Below the pieces are notes generated by a model. It was given only the letters and a program-made list of their open reading frames with translations, did no database searches and was not told the DNA's origin. A stretch of 32,000 bases of DNA from Methanothermus fervidus DSM 2088 (GTDB taxonomy: Archaea > Methanobacteriota > Methanobacteria > DSM-2088 > Methanothermaceae), in assembly GCA_000166095.1 (NCBI GenBank), contig CP002278.1, forward strand, positions 540,001 through 572,000. The letters are read 5' to 3'. A program made the position numbers and the translations under genes. This document shows positions 1 to 9,147 of this stretch, piece after piece (positions within the stretch are counted from its first letter, which is position 1; the number at the start of each line of letters is the position of its first letter).

Positions 1-40
1 CAGCAACTTTGTTTAAAGAAATCACTATATCTTTTTCCAT
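1..40 (-). CDS. Metal ABC transporter ATP-binding protein, N-terminus only (partial)
   Basis: Minus-strand ATG at 38-40 starts MEKDIVISLNKVA..., running off the window edge directly downstream of the substrate-binding protein gene; ABC identity inferred mainly from context. Confidence 0.4.
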   Translation of the reverse strand, partial: MEKDIVISLNKVA

Positions 41-53
41 ATTATTCACAATT

Positions 54-917
54 TCAGTGTTTTTTATGTATCTTTTGTAGTTGCATTATAATCAAGTCTA
101 CATTTTTAATGAAGGAATCTTTCCATGTACTTGTGCCTTCCATTCCTCCAGGATAGTTACTCAATGTTACCATAGGGATATTTAATTCTTTAGATATGGC
201 GTTAGCTGCTGCTCTGTCAGGTGATTGTAGATTGTCTATCACTAATTCAGCTCCTTCTTGACGTCCTCTTTCAATTAATTGTTTTACTTTTCCCATAGGT
301 ATATCTGGAGGATAAACTGCCACTATTTCAAATCCAGCCCATTTAGCAAATCCTGTTTGGTATAATGCTACAATAACTTTTGTCTTATTGGCACCATATT
401 GATTTAATCTTTTTTTCTGTTCTGCTGCTATTTTTTTAGTTTCCAATTTTAAAGCTTCAGCTCTTTGTTTATAATAATTGGCATTTTTAGGATCTATTTT
501 AATAAGGGCATTAGTAACATTATCTATACCAACAATACGCATTGGTGGTGTCATAAATGTTGCATTCATCATTCCAACTGTAACAATTGTAACATTAGTA
601 TTTCCTGATGATTTTACTAATTTATCACTAAATTTTTGACTATCATAATCATGTCTTAAAAACAACTTGGCTTTTTTTAAAGTTTCCATTGTTTCTGGTT
701 TAATATCAAAATGTCCAGGACATTGGGCAGGAGGAACAATATTTTGAACTTCTATTTTTTCTCCACCCACTGCTTTAGCTATGTCAGCTATGTCACTACT
801 TGTTGTAACTACATATATTTTATTTGATTCGGGTTGTATTCCAAACTCATAGGCTATAATACCTCCTGCTATAACAAGCAGAAGAACAATACATCCGATT
901 ATCCATTTTCTTTCCAT
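54..917 (-). CDS. TroA/ZnuA-like metal ABC transporter substrate-binding protein
   Basis: N-terminal membrane anchor/signal; TTSSDIADIAKAVGGEKIEVQNIVPPAQCPGHFDIKP pattern and late metal-binding domain typical of cluster 9 SBPs. Confidence 0.85.
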   Translation of the reverse strand: MERKWIIGCIVLLLVIAGGIIAYEFGIQPESNKIYVVTTSSDIADIAKAVGGEKIEVQNIVPPAQCPGHFDIKPETMETLKKAKLFLRHDYDSQKFSDKLVKSSGNTNVTIVTVGMMNATFMTPPMRIVGIDNVTNALIKIDPKNANYYKQRAEALKLETKKIAAEQKKRLNQYGANKTKVIVALYQTGFAKWAGFEIVAVYPPDIPMGKVKQLIERGRQEGAELVIDNLQSPDRAAANAISKELNIPMVTLSNYPGGMEGTSTWKDSFIKNVDLIIMQLQKIHKKH

Positions 918-1014
918 CTCAATGTCACCTCCAAATTTATCTTTATCATAATTTTATTAATAAGTTTATTATTATTTAATAAATTTTAATGTTTTAAAAA
1001 TAAAAATTTATAAC

Positions 1015-1683
1015 TCAAATTTTAATAGTTGTTCCAACTCCTGCTTTTATACATTCAAATTTTTTATCTAAAATCTTTTTATCTAATTCATCTGAGCAAT
1101 GACAAATAACAATTTTTTTAACACCAATATCATGTAAAAATTTAGCTGCTTTCTCTGTTTCTAATGGACTATGAAGACAAAAACCACAAAATGCACAATT
1201 AATATCTTTTTTCATTGTCTCATAAGCTTTTTTTATAATTTTCAATGCTCTTAAAGGTGTCCTAGAAACAAAAATAGTCATGTTTTCATCTTCTGTAAAT
1301 ATGAGAGCCTGACTATTATCATAGTTTATAATAAATATGCCTTCATAGATCTTCTGGCAACCTTCGATTACATTATATGAATTACTCTGTAGTGCACTAT
1401 ATCTTCCTGGAATATAAACATTGGGGCTTGGATTGGTCTTTAATAAACCACGCAGGCCTCCAATATGGTCACCATGTGTATGGGAGATAACTATCGAATG
1501 AATATCCTCCACATTTAAACCTAATTGATTAATATTATTAATAAGTATTTTAGAATCAGCGCCAGTGTCAAATAATATAGATCTTCCATGACTTCTAATA
1601 AAAACCGAGAATCCCCAAGAAGCTATTAAACCTTTTTCCTCTTTACCAATATTGTTGTCATATACTACCTTTGCATTTATCAT
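1015..1683 (-). CDS. MBL-fold metallo-hydrolase (COG1237-like)
   Basis: Contains SHTHGDHIGG metal-binding motif and LFDTGAD; overlaps the upstream gene by 4 nt. Confidence 0.85.
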   Translation of the reverse strand: MINAKVVYDNNIGKEEKGLIASWGFSVFIRSHGRSILFDTGADSKILINNINQLGLNVEDIHSIVISHTHGDHIGGLRGLLKTNPSPNVYIPGRYSALQSNSYNVIEGCQKIYEGIFIINYDNSQALIFTEDENMTIFVSRTPLRALKIIKKAYETMKKDINCAFCGFCLHSPLETEKAAKFLHDIGVKKIVICHCSDELDKKILDKKFECIKAGVGTTIKI

Positions 1684-2738
1684 TTTATCCCCTTTTTAAT
1701 GAAACTTTCCCACTCATTTATTTCTTGTATAAGCCTTTCTAAAATTTTCTCTACACAATTAAACTTCATATTTTTTACATAATATTCCTCTAGTTTACGA
1801 TGGTATTTATAAGCTCTTCTAAAGTTCTTTATAGCATATTCAATAAGCTCTTCCATCTTTTTTTCTTCTGGCATCTGTAGAGGACCATTATTGATATTAT
1901 AAACTTCTTCACATTTTTTATCAGGAATATCAGTATTGGATATAATTGCTAAATTTAAATCTGGGAAAATTAAATGTTCTATGTTGTAAGGATCGAGAGG
2001 ATGATGACAATATTCAATGTTAAATCTATTTAATACGGCTTCTTCGCCAATTTTTTTTAGTATCTTTGTTATACAATATTCATTTCCAATAATTTTATAA
2101 ATTGTATATCCTTTTACGAGCGTTTTGATGAATGTTTTATAGCCTTCTGGTGTGAAAGCACTTGCAAAAACATGTCTTTTAAGACCCAATTTTTTTGAAT
2201 TTGAAGATGATACTAAAATATTTCTTTTGAGTTCTTTTACAACTTTATTAATTTCCAACAGGCTCTGATAGGTACAAGTAACATCTCTTATATTTTCAGC
2301 CATTAATTTAGCTGCTTTAAGATATCTACATGCTCTCTTCAAATTTCTTCGAACATTCTTGAAAAGGAAGATAATGTCGTTTTTATAGCAAAAAAGATTG
2401 GAAGCTTGAAGACACCTGTCAAGATTAACGATGCTCTCAACAACTCCTGGAAACTCAGGGTCCATCACATGATGACCAGTAGTAGCAGCGACTGCTAAAT
2501 TTAGGGAATGTATTACTGCTGCATCAAGAGAGTTACAATCTAGAGAACAAAATTGAAGTTCAACATCATAGCCTTTATTTATCATTTCATCAGCTACAGA
2601 TTTTATAATCGTAGATTTACCATGCCCCGGGCCTCCTTTTAATATAAATATCCTTCCTTTATCCTTTTCTTTTAGAAAATTAAAAAAAGAACAAAATCCA
2701 CGGGCAGTGTTACAACCAAAAAATATTTTTCTAATCAC
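1680..2738 (-). CDS. P-loop ATPase family protein (resembles PRK06851-type hypothetical proteins)
   Basis: Walker A GGPGHGKST. ORF track begins at 2765, but a GTG start at 2738 is preceded by GGAGGAATTATT and overlaps the upstream stop by 8 nt, so is preferred. Confidence 0.75.
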   Translation of the reverse strand: MIRKIFFGCNTARGFCSFFNFLKEKDKGRIFILKGGPGHGKSTIIKSVADEMINKGYDVELQFCSLDCNSLDAAVIHSLNLAVAATTGHHVMDPEFPGVVESIVNLDRCLQASNLFCYKNDIIFLFKNVRRNLKRACRYLKAAKLMAENIRDVTCTYQSLLEINKVVKELKRNILVSSSNSKKLGLKRHVFASAFTPEGYKTFIKTLVKGYTIYKIIGNEYCITKILKKIGEEAVLNRFNIEYCHHPLDPYNIEHLIFPDLNLAIISNTDIPDKKCEEVYNINNGPLQMPEEKKMEELIEYAIKNFRRAYKYHRKLEEYYVKNMKFNCVEKILERLIQEINEWESFIKKGIK

Positions 2739-3513
2739 AATAATTCCTCCGTTTTTCAGCCACAATCATAAAAGCAGGTCCCCAGTAACCTCTTTTTATG
2801 TATTCTATCTTTCCTTGCAATCCTCTATAAAGAAAAGGATATATATCCGATATTACCTTTATTACTCTATATCCTAATGAGTTTAATATTTTTATATCAT
2901 CCTCAGGACGTGTTAATCTGGCAGTAGGATATTTGTAGGATACCAACTCCTGCTTTTTATGGCGTCCAGGTTTTCGCTTTTCTGTAAGGTATATTAACCC
3001 CCATGCTAAAGAACGCCAAATATTTGCAGTAAGGGACTTACGATATCTAAACCAATTACCATCTATATTTATCAATCTTCCATTATTTTTTATGATATGA
3101 TACCATTCTCTATATGCTTTTTTGAGATCTGGTAAGCACCATGTTAGATATCTACTAATAACAACGTCAAAATCTTCAGAATAAACGTCAGATAAATTCA
3201 TAGCATCCTCTAATTTGAAATTGATATTTAAACCTCTTTGGATAGCTCTTTTTTTAGCAATGTTTAACATTCTTGATGAAACATCTATTGCTGTTACAGA
3301 ATGTCCTAATTCTGCTAGAACTATTGCTAAAAATCCTGTCCCTGTACCTATATCTAAAACAGATAAATTATCTTCTTCAGGTAATACTTTTTTTAAAAGA
3401 TTTTTCCAAGCGTCAAAAAGCCATTTTTTTTCCAATTCTCTTTGTACAACCGACTCATCAAAAATTTCTGCCCATTTATTCCACCATTTCGGATTTGCAG
3501 GATTCACACTCAT
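2731..3513 (-). CDS. Class I SAM-dependent methyltransferase
   Basis: Motif VLDIGTGTGFLAIVLAELGHSVTAIDVSSRML. Confidence 0.9.
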   Translation of the reverse strand: MSVNPANPKWWNKWAEIFDESVVQRELEKKWLFDAWKNLLKKVLPEEDNLSVLDIGTGTGFLAIVLAELGHSVTAIDVSSRMLNIAKKRAIQRGLNINFKLEDAMNLSDVYSEDFDVVISRYLTWCLPDLKKAYREWYHIIKNNGRLINIDGNWFRYRKSLTANIWRSLAWGLIYLTEKRKPGRHKKQELVSYKYPTARLTRPEDDIKILNSLGYRVIKVISDIYPFLYRGLQGKIEYIKRGYWGPAFMIVAEKRRNYCD

Positions 3514-4774
3514 CTTTTAACACCTTTTTTACCTTATTTTTTATATCGTCATCATTTAGCATGTAAAGCCCTTTATTTTTCATTCTCTGAAAATACAATC
3601 CTCCAGAAAAAGTGTATTTGTTCTTAAGATCTCCTGTTTTAACACGTTCATTTTCATATAAAATTATATCACCAACAGACAAAAGTGAAGGTAATTTCAA
3701 AAGTTTCTTTTTCTTTGAATAATTTACAGAATTATAACCTGCAATAAATCCTGTTGCCATTGCTTCAACGCAGCCTACAAAAAAACCTGATTTTTCACCT
3801 ACACAAAAAAGATTTTTTATACCTTTGACTTTTAAAGCATTATTTCTTGGAGCCCTAGATAAAAATCTTATTGAATTAGAATCACTTCTTTGGGGATGTG
3901 CATACATCACATTTTCAAAGCCATCTAATTTCCTAAGCTCTTCAAGAGGATAAAAAGGTTTCATAAGTTTAGCATAAGTCCCTGTATCCAATAATATAAT
4001 ATTCTTTTTAAATATTGGCGATGCATATTGTTGACATGCTTTTATATCTAAGTAATTTATTTCTGTCCAATTGTTAGGATCTGGAATGATTAAAAAACCA
4101 TTTTCTTCTAATTGGGATTTTAATTCTTCGTCTAAAGTTTCTTTGATTAGAGTACATGCGCCACTAAAAGCACCAAAGCCTTCATCTTTATTTCTTCTAC
4201 TTGCTAATTCATTAATACCAGCTCTACCACTTATACTAACCCTTGGACCAAAAGAAGGACATCTTAGTACACAAATAGAACATCCATTTCCGTATTTTAG
4301 ACAATTCCCCATTGGACCTGCAGAACCTGTGGCGTCAACGAATACATCTCCATCTATTGACATTTCATTAGAGAGAATTACTTCATTGATCTTTTTATTT
4401 TCAACTACCACGTCATCCGCTCTGCACCGGAAATATAAATTTACACCCATATTTTTAAGGATTTTACGAATTTGAGGCTCTACTTTTACTGGATCATATA
4501 ATTTTGTATGATGATGTCCTGGAAGATCCACACTTTCATGTACTGTAGCATTGTTAATTGTATCTAATAATTCACCACAACCAAGATATTCTAATTCTTT
4601 TGTGGCAGTATATCTGCCATTGTTTTCTGTAATTCCAGCCGCTAAACCACATCCTAGAAGAGTATCTGATTTTTCGATTAAAGTAACTTCTGCACCTAAT
4701 TTACTAGCTACAAATGCAGCAGTACACCCTGCCCACCCACCTCCTACTATAACAACCTTAACCATTACTGTCAC
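3476..4774 (-). CDS. FAD-dependent oxidoreductase (GidA/TrmFO-like superfamily)
   Basis: N-terminal VVIVGGGWAGCTAAFVASKLGAEVTLIEK Rossmann motif; C-terminal IKNLFCVGEKSGFFVGCVEAMATGFIAG; internal CSICVLRCPSFGPR. Confidence 0.85.
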   Translation of the reverse strand: MTVMVKVVIVGGGWAGCTAAFVASKLGAEVTLIEKSDTLLGCGLAAGITENNGRYTATKELEYLGCGELLDTINNATVHESVDLPGHHHTKLYDPVKVEPQIRKILKNMGVNLYFRCRADDVVVENKKINEVILSNEMSIDGDVFVDATGSAGPMGNCLKYGNGCSICVLRCPSFGPRVSISGRAGINELASRRNKDEGFGAFSGACTLIKETLDEELKSQLEENGFLIIPDPNNWTEINYLDIKACQQYASPIFKKNIILLDTGTYAKLMKPFYPLEELRKLDGFENVMYAHPQRSDSNSIRFLSRAPRNNALKVKGIKNLFCVGEKSGFFVGCVEAMATGFIAGYNSVNYSKKKKLLKLPSLLSVGDIILYENERVKTGDLKNKYTFSGGLYFQRMKNKGLYMLNDDDIKNKVKKVLKDECESCKSEMVE

Positions 4775-5697
4775 CTAAATTGTATTTTACAAGATCTTAA
4801 TTTATAACCAGATATTGTGATCTCACAACTTCCACAAATCCCTTCACCACAACATAATCGATTATTATTTGAAAATGCAACTTTAACTTTATTTTGACGT
4901 GCTTTTAAAAAATTAAAAATTCTATCTTGTAAATCTCGACATCCTCCTACATAGATAAAATCTATGTCTTTTAAATCAAGATCCTTTAGCCAATTATTTC
5001 CGTTTAAATTAATGGTTTGAATTTCTATCTTATTACTGTTTATATATTTTTTTATGAAAAACGGACATAATTTATCCTTAAAAATAAAAACAATGTTATT
5101 GTGTTTTAGCAATTCATTAATTAATAAAACAGCTGAAGTTTGTGCCATTCCACTTAAAATAAGAACGCACTTTGATTTATTCAGGTTTTCTATATTTTTT
5201 AATCCAATAATACCATTGTAATAAGGACCTCGTACCATTATACTGTTTTTTTCTAAAGATAATGCTTTTGTTTTTGGTCCTTTTATTTTTACTGCTAGTT
5301 CTATGTAATTATAAGTTTCGTTGACATACATCACAGCCACAGGTAAATCAAAATAAGGAGGCATAGAGGACGGTCTGATGAATACGTAAGATCCTGGTTT
5401 TTTCAATTCAATAAGAAATGTATGTGGAAGTTTTAACCTGAGAAATAGGATGTCATTCTTCATGTCTTTATTCAGTACTTTAGATGACACTGTCTTTCGC
5501 AACTTTATATTACCCGTGCTCCATATATATTCATAGTATTTACATATACCTCTCCATTTGCAGTCGCAAAACTTCTCACCTCTTAGAAGAGGACATTCAT
5601 AACATTCCCCTAATTTAGCTAGGTAACAAGGACAGTATTCAGTGCCTGCATCAATACACTCAAATTTAGAGAAATTTTTATTTTTCATTAATTTCAC
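4771..5697 (-). CDS. Ferredoxin reductase-like / PyrK-like electron-transfer flavoprotein with N-terminal Cys-rich segment and C-terminal [2Fe-2S] ligands
   Basis: CCGEGICGSCEITISGYKLRSC C-terminal motif; RGPYYNG and VLILSGMAQTSAVLLINELL NAD-binding-like region; many Cys in first 50 residues. Confidence 0.8.
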   Translation of the reverse strand: MKLMKNKNFSKFECIDAGTEYCPCYLAKLGECYECPLLRGEKFCDCKWRGICKYYEYIWSTGNIKLRKTVSSKVLNKDMKNDILFLRLKLPHTFLIELKKPGSYVFIRPSSMPPYFDLPVAVMYVNETYNYIELAVKIKGPKTKALSLEKNSIMVRGPYYNGIIGLKNIENLNKSKCVLILSGMAQTSAVLLINELLKHNNIVFIFKDKLCPFFIKKYINSNKIEIQTINLNGNNWLKDLDLKDIDFIYVGGCRDLQDRIFNFLKARQNKVKVAFSNNNRLCCGEGICGSCEITISGYKLRSCKIQFR

Positions 5698-7057
5698 CTT
5701 TTCTTAAAACTCTCAGTGTCGAGAAATCTTTTGCTAAAATGGTCAATAAAAGTGAAATTACAAGAAATATTATTATAACAATAATAGATGAACGCACTAC
5801 AAGTTCAAATGCCTCTTTATTTAGTGGTAAAGGACCTTTGATGAATAATTTCATAAGTGAGATCACTATTGCCATTGCAATACTCATTCCTACTATTGAA
5901 GATGTTCCATATGTTCCAGCCCCCACGCCCAAAAATTCTCTTCCAACAGCGCTCAATACTAATTTTGTGTTCGCCGTGAAAAATAATCCAAAACCAATAC
6001 CATATATAATAAGCCCCAACAAAATAAATTGATAGTTTAGACTAATTATAAAACTTAGCGAAAGAATTAGAAAAATGATACCTATTGAAGCTACAACTGC
6101 TGGATTTTTCTTATCAGATAACCATCCAGAAACAGGTGAAATTAATCCAATTATTAATGGAGCAATTGTCAATATGAACCCTGTTTTTGGGACTGGTAAC
6201 CGTAAGAAATACTGAAGATACATACTCAATAAAAACTGGATAGGATACATCGCCATCATTGCAAAAAAGTAGGATAATAAATTATAACTAAATTCTTTTT
6301 TCTTAAATAGATGTATTTCAACTAATGGATTTTTTAACTTTTTTTCATGTACATAAAACGATGCCAATAATATCAAACCAAATACAACAAAAATAACATT
6401 TTCTACTTTTTTGATTGAAGACAAACCATAGACAATGAAAATCATTGAAAGTGCCATAAGCACTGCACCTTTAAAATCAAAAGGTTTTTGCTTTCCATAC
6501 CACTCTTCCTGTGTCTTAACAATTAACATGAAACATATCAATGCAATAGGTACTACTGAGTAGAATACGCTTTGCCATCCAAATTTTCCTGTCAAAATGC
6601 CACCTAAAAATGGCCCAAGAACCATTCCACTGAAACCACCCATACTTATCCATCCATATGCCTTACCTCTTTTAGTCATAGGGAGGGCTGAGCTAATTGT
6701 AGAAAGTACACCTCCAAATATCATCGCAGCTCCTATTCCTTGAAATGTTCTAAAAATTAAGATCATTTCGCAAGAGACCGAAAAGGCTGCAAGTATGGAG
6801 GAAATCAGGAATATTAAAATCCCTGTCAATAATATCTTTTTTCTTCCGTAAATATCTGCAATACATCCAAAAGGTATCTGTAATGCTGCTAATGCAAGAA
6901 AATATGCGGTAGGAATCCACGCAAGTATAACAGGGCTACCATGTAATATTTTTCCAATAGGAGGTAAAGCTACATTTAATGCATACATTAAAAAAGGCAA
7001 CATAAATTGTGTTAATACAAGTGCAAACAACAACTTCTTTTGTTCCATATTTCCCAC
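5678..7057 (-). CDS. MFS transporter, DHA2 (EmrB/QacA-like) drug or metabolite exporter
   Basis: About 14 hydrophobic segments; PPIGKILHGSPVILAWIPTAYFLALAALQIPFGCIADIYGRKKILL motif typical of MFS. Confidence 0.9.
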   Translation of the reverse strand: MGNMEQKKLLFALVLTQFMLPFLMYALNVALPPIGKILHGSPVILAWIPTAYFLALAALQIPFGCIADIYGRKKILLTGILIFLISSILAAFSVSCEMILIFRTFQGIGAAMIFGGVLSTISSALPMTKRGKAYGWISMGGFSGMVLGPFLGGILTGKFGWQSVFYSVVPIALICFMLIVKTQEEWYGKQKPFDFKGAVLMALSMIFIVYGLSSIKKVENVIFVVFGLILLASFYVHEKKLKNPLVEIHLFKKKEFSYNLLSYFFAMMAMYPIQFLLSMYLQYFLRLPVPKTGFILTIAPLIIGLISPVSGWLSDKKNPAVVASIGIIFLILSLSFIISLNYQFILLGLIIYGIGFGLFFTANTKLVLSAVGREFLGVGAGTYGTSSIVGMSIAMAIVISLMKLFIKGPLPLNKEAFELVVRSSIIVIIIFLVISLLLTILAKDFSTLRVLRKGEINEK

Positions 7058-7100
7058 CTCCTTGTTTTAAACCTGAAACAACTATTGGCTGATGGTATTA

Positions 7101-7137
7101 ATAAAATTTACTTTAAAAATTAAAAAGTAAATTTTAT
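7101..7137. promoter_or_regulatory. Perfect 14-bp inverted repeat with 9-nt spacer; candidate operator or RNA hairpin
   Basis: ATAAAATTTACTTT (7101-7114) and AAAGTAAATTTTAT (7124-7137) are exact reverse complements, in the largest gap of the minus-strand cluster, upstream of the MFS gene. Confidence 0.45.
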
Positions 7138-7219
7138 ATATAAATAACATTCACTAGTGGCACTGAACAAAATTAAAAATTGGATTAAAAAGGAAATAAC
7201 ATTAATAATTAATTTTGAC

Positions 7220-8320
7220 CTAATTAGGCTGCTTCTTACAGATTATAATTTTTGAATCAAGAACATCTCCAAATTTATAAAGAGGTAGCCTACTGAATTT
7301 TTTGCTTTCAACTATATCAACAATAGAAAAGTATTTTTTTAGCAATTCTAAATAATCTTCGTAATAAAGGTCCCCTTCAAAACTATAAATCTTATCTTTC
7401 TTTTTTACACCTTCAAATTTCGTAAGATTCCATTCAAGATCCAGAAGTGGATCTTTAGAACCTTCACCTTTCTTGTAAAACGCATGTTTAGTTATGAAAA
7501 TTCCTCCATCATTTAAAGCTTTGTGAATTTTTGGAACCAGTTTTGGGTTTTTTCCGCCTGGATTATATGAGAAAAATATAATATCATACCCACTACCTAT
7601 ATCATCTACAAAAAAGTTACCTTCAATTACCTTTACCCTATCTGCATTAAAAGTTTCAAGATACTTACGTGTATCTTTGATAACATTTGGAAAATCAAAA
7701 ACATAAGCCTTTAAATTAGGGTTTAGTGTTGTAAATGCGATAGAATAAAGTCCATGACCACCTCCAAGATCTAATAATTTTCGAGCTTTCTGAAACTCTG
7801 GAAGCCTAGCAACTATATTTACAGTATCTTGAAGTTCGCCTGTAAGTATCTCTGCCGCAAGCGCATGAATAAGATTATCCTCAAAAAAATCTTCTTCATC
7901 AATATGTAACGGTCCACTCTTCATAATAGAAGGTAATCTTTCCCAAATTTTAAAACCATTATATAAGTTTTTGATAACTTCTATTTGAGAATAGTCAGAA
8001 TCTGTTTTTAGGAAAAGTTCAGCAATTTTTGTGTTTTTATATTTATCCTTTTTTTTGTTCAATAATCCTATGTTTGAAAGTACTTCACATAAGATATGAG
8101 TTAAACGAGGATGTGTTCCTATCTTATCTGATAAATCTTTTGGTTTTTTAAACTCTTCAAGGTTATCAAAAAGATTGAGACTTGTTGCTGTGTATAATAC
8201 ACAGAAAAGTTTATAATACTTAGAAGATGATCCTAAGATATCATATAACTTTTTGACATCTGTAATTTTAGGTTTTTTAAGGAGAATATTCTTTTTAGTC
8301 ACCAATAACACCTCTTGCAT
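7220..8320 (-). CDS. O-methyltransferase family 2 (acetylserotonin O-methyltransferase-like)
   Basis: Winged-helix-like N-terminus, ARKLLDLGGGHGLYSIAFTTLNPNLKAYVFDFPNV SAM motif, FITKHAF late motif. Confidence 0.9.
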   Translation of the reverse strand: MQEVLLVTKKNILLKKPKITDVKKLYDILGSSSKYYKLFCVLYTATSLNLFDNLEEFKKPKDLSDKIGTHPRLTHILCEVLSNIGLLNKKKDKYKNTKIAELFLKTDSDYSQIEVIKNLYNGFKIWERLPSIMKSGPLHIDEEDFFEDNLIHALAAEILTGELQDTVNIVARLPEFQKARKLLDLGGGHGLYSIAFTTLNPNLKAYVFDFPNVIKDTRKYLETFNADRVKVIEGNFFVDDIGSGYDIIFFSYNPGGKNPKLVPKIHKALNDGGIFITKHAFYKKGEGSKDPLLDLEWNLTKFEGVKKKDKIYSFEGDLYYEDYLELLKKYFSIVDIVESKKFSRLPLYKFGDVLDSKIIICKKQPN

Positions 8321-9147
8321 ATACTAGGTTGTATTTTTCCAGTAGTTATAGCATAATACAGTGGTGAAGAAAGGATATCTTCAATGTTATTTCGTAAAAT
8401 ATTACCTATTGAATATTCCGGAAGAAAACAACAAGGAGTGACATCGCCATCTACAGTAACAAAAATACTTTTTCTCATTACCTTACACGGATAAAAATGC
8501 TTTGTAGGTAAATATATTTTTATTTTTAATTTTTTTGCGTTTTTTATTAATTTATTAAATAAGATTGATTCTTTCTCTAATGGAATATACTCAATAGATG
8601 GGTTGTGAAGATTAAAGAGACGATGAAAAATAATTGCATCAACTCCTATTTTTTTGCCAAGATAGATAAACTTTGGAAGATCATGAAAATTAGTTTTTAA
8701 AATTGTAACGTCTAAATATGTTTTAATGTTTTCTCTTTTTTTGATGAATTCCTTTATAATTGGTGCTAAAATATTTAAAACATTGATATCATATACACCA
8801 ATAGCAATTTCATCTAGGCCACTTGACAATAATTTATCCATTTGTTCATTTAAATAGAACCCATTAGTTGTGAGACTGACACAAAAACCAATATTTTTTG
8901 CGTGTTTAATCATTTTAGAAAGTTCAGGATTAAGTAAAGGTTCACCCCAACCATGCAATGCAACATAAGAAAAAATATTTGATGCCATGGCCTTGTCACA
9001 GATTTTAGAGAACTCATGGAAAGACATCAATTGATTCTGAGATTCACTGATATAAGGCCTCAAACAAATGGGACAATTTCTGTTACATAACCTGCTGATT
9101 TCTATTTGTAATGTCATATTATTAGCTAAAGTTGGAGGATAATTCAT
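8299..9147 (-). CDS. Radical SAM protein with probable SPASM-like C-terminus
   Basis: CNRNCPICLR CxxxCxxC motif after TLQIEIS, GWGEPLLNPEL motif, and C-terminal Cys residues VDGDVTPCCFLPEYSIGNI...CKRCYW. Start may be 9117 (MTLQIEIS). Confidence 0.9.
   Translation of the reverse strand: MNYPPTLANNMTLQIEISRLCNRNCPICLRPYISESQNQLMSFHEFSKICDKAMASNIFSYVALHGWGEPLLNPELSKMIKHAKNIGFCVSLTTNGFYLNEQMDKLLSSGLDEIAIGVYDINVLNILAPIIKEFIKKRENIKTYLDVTILKTNFHDLPKFIYLGKKIGVDAIIFHRLFNLHNPSIEYIPLEKESILFNKLIKNAKKLKIKIYLPTKHFYPCKVMRKSIFVTVDGDVTPCCFLPEYSIGNILRNNIEDILSSPLYYAITTGKIQPSICKRCYW

Noticed and set aside
3215-4778. Plus-strand ORFs at 3215..3520, 3273..3566, 3442..3627, 4071..4475 and 4551..4778
   Set aside because: Antisense to well-supported methyltransferase and FAD oxidoreductase genes, low-complexity translations, no recognisable domains.
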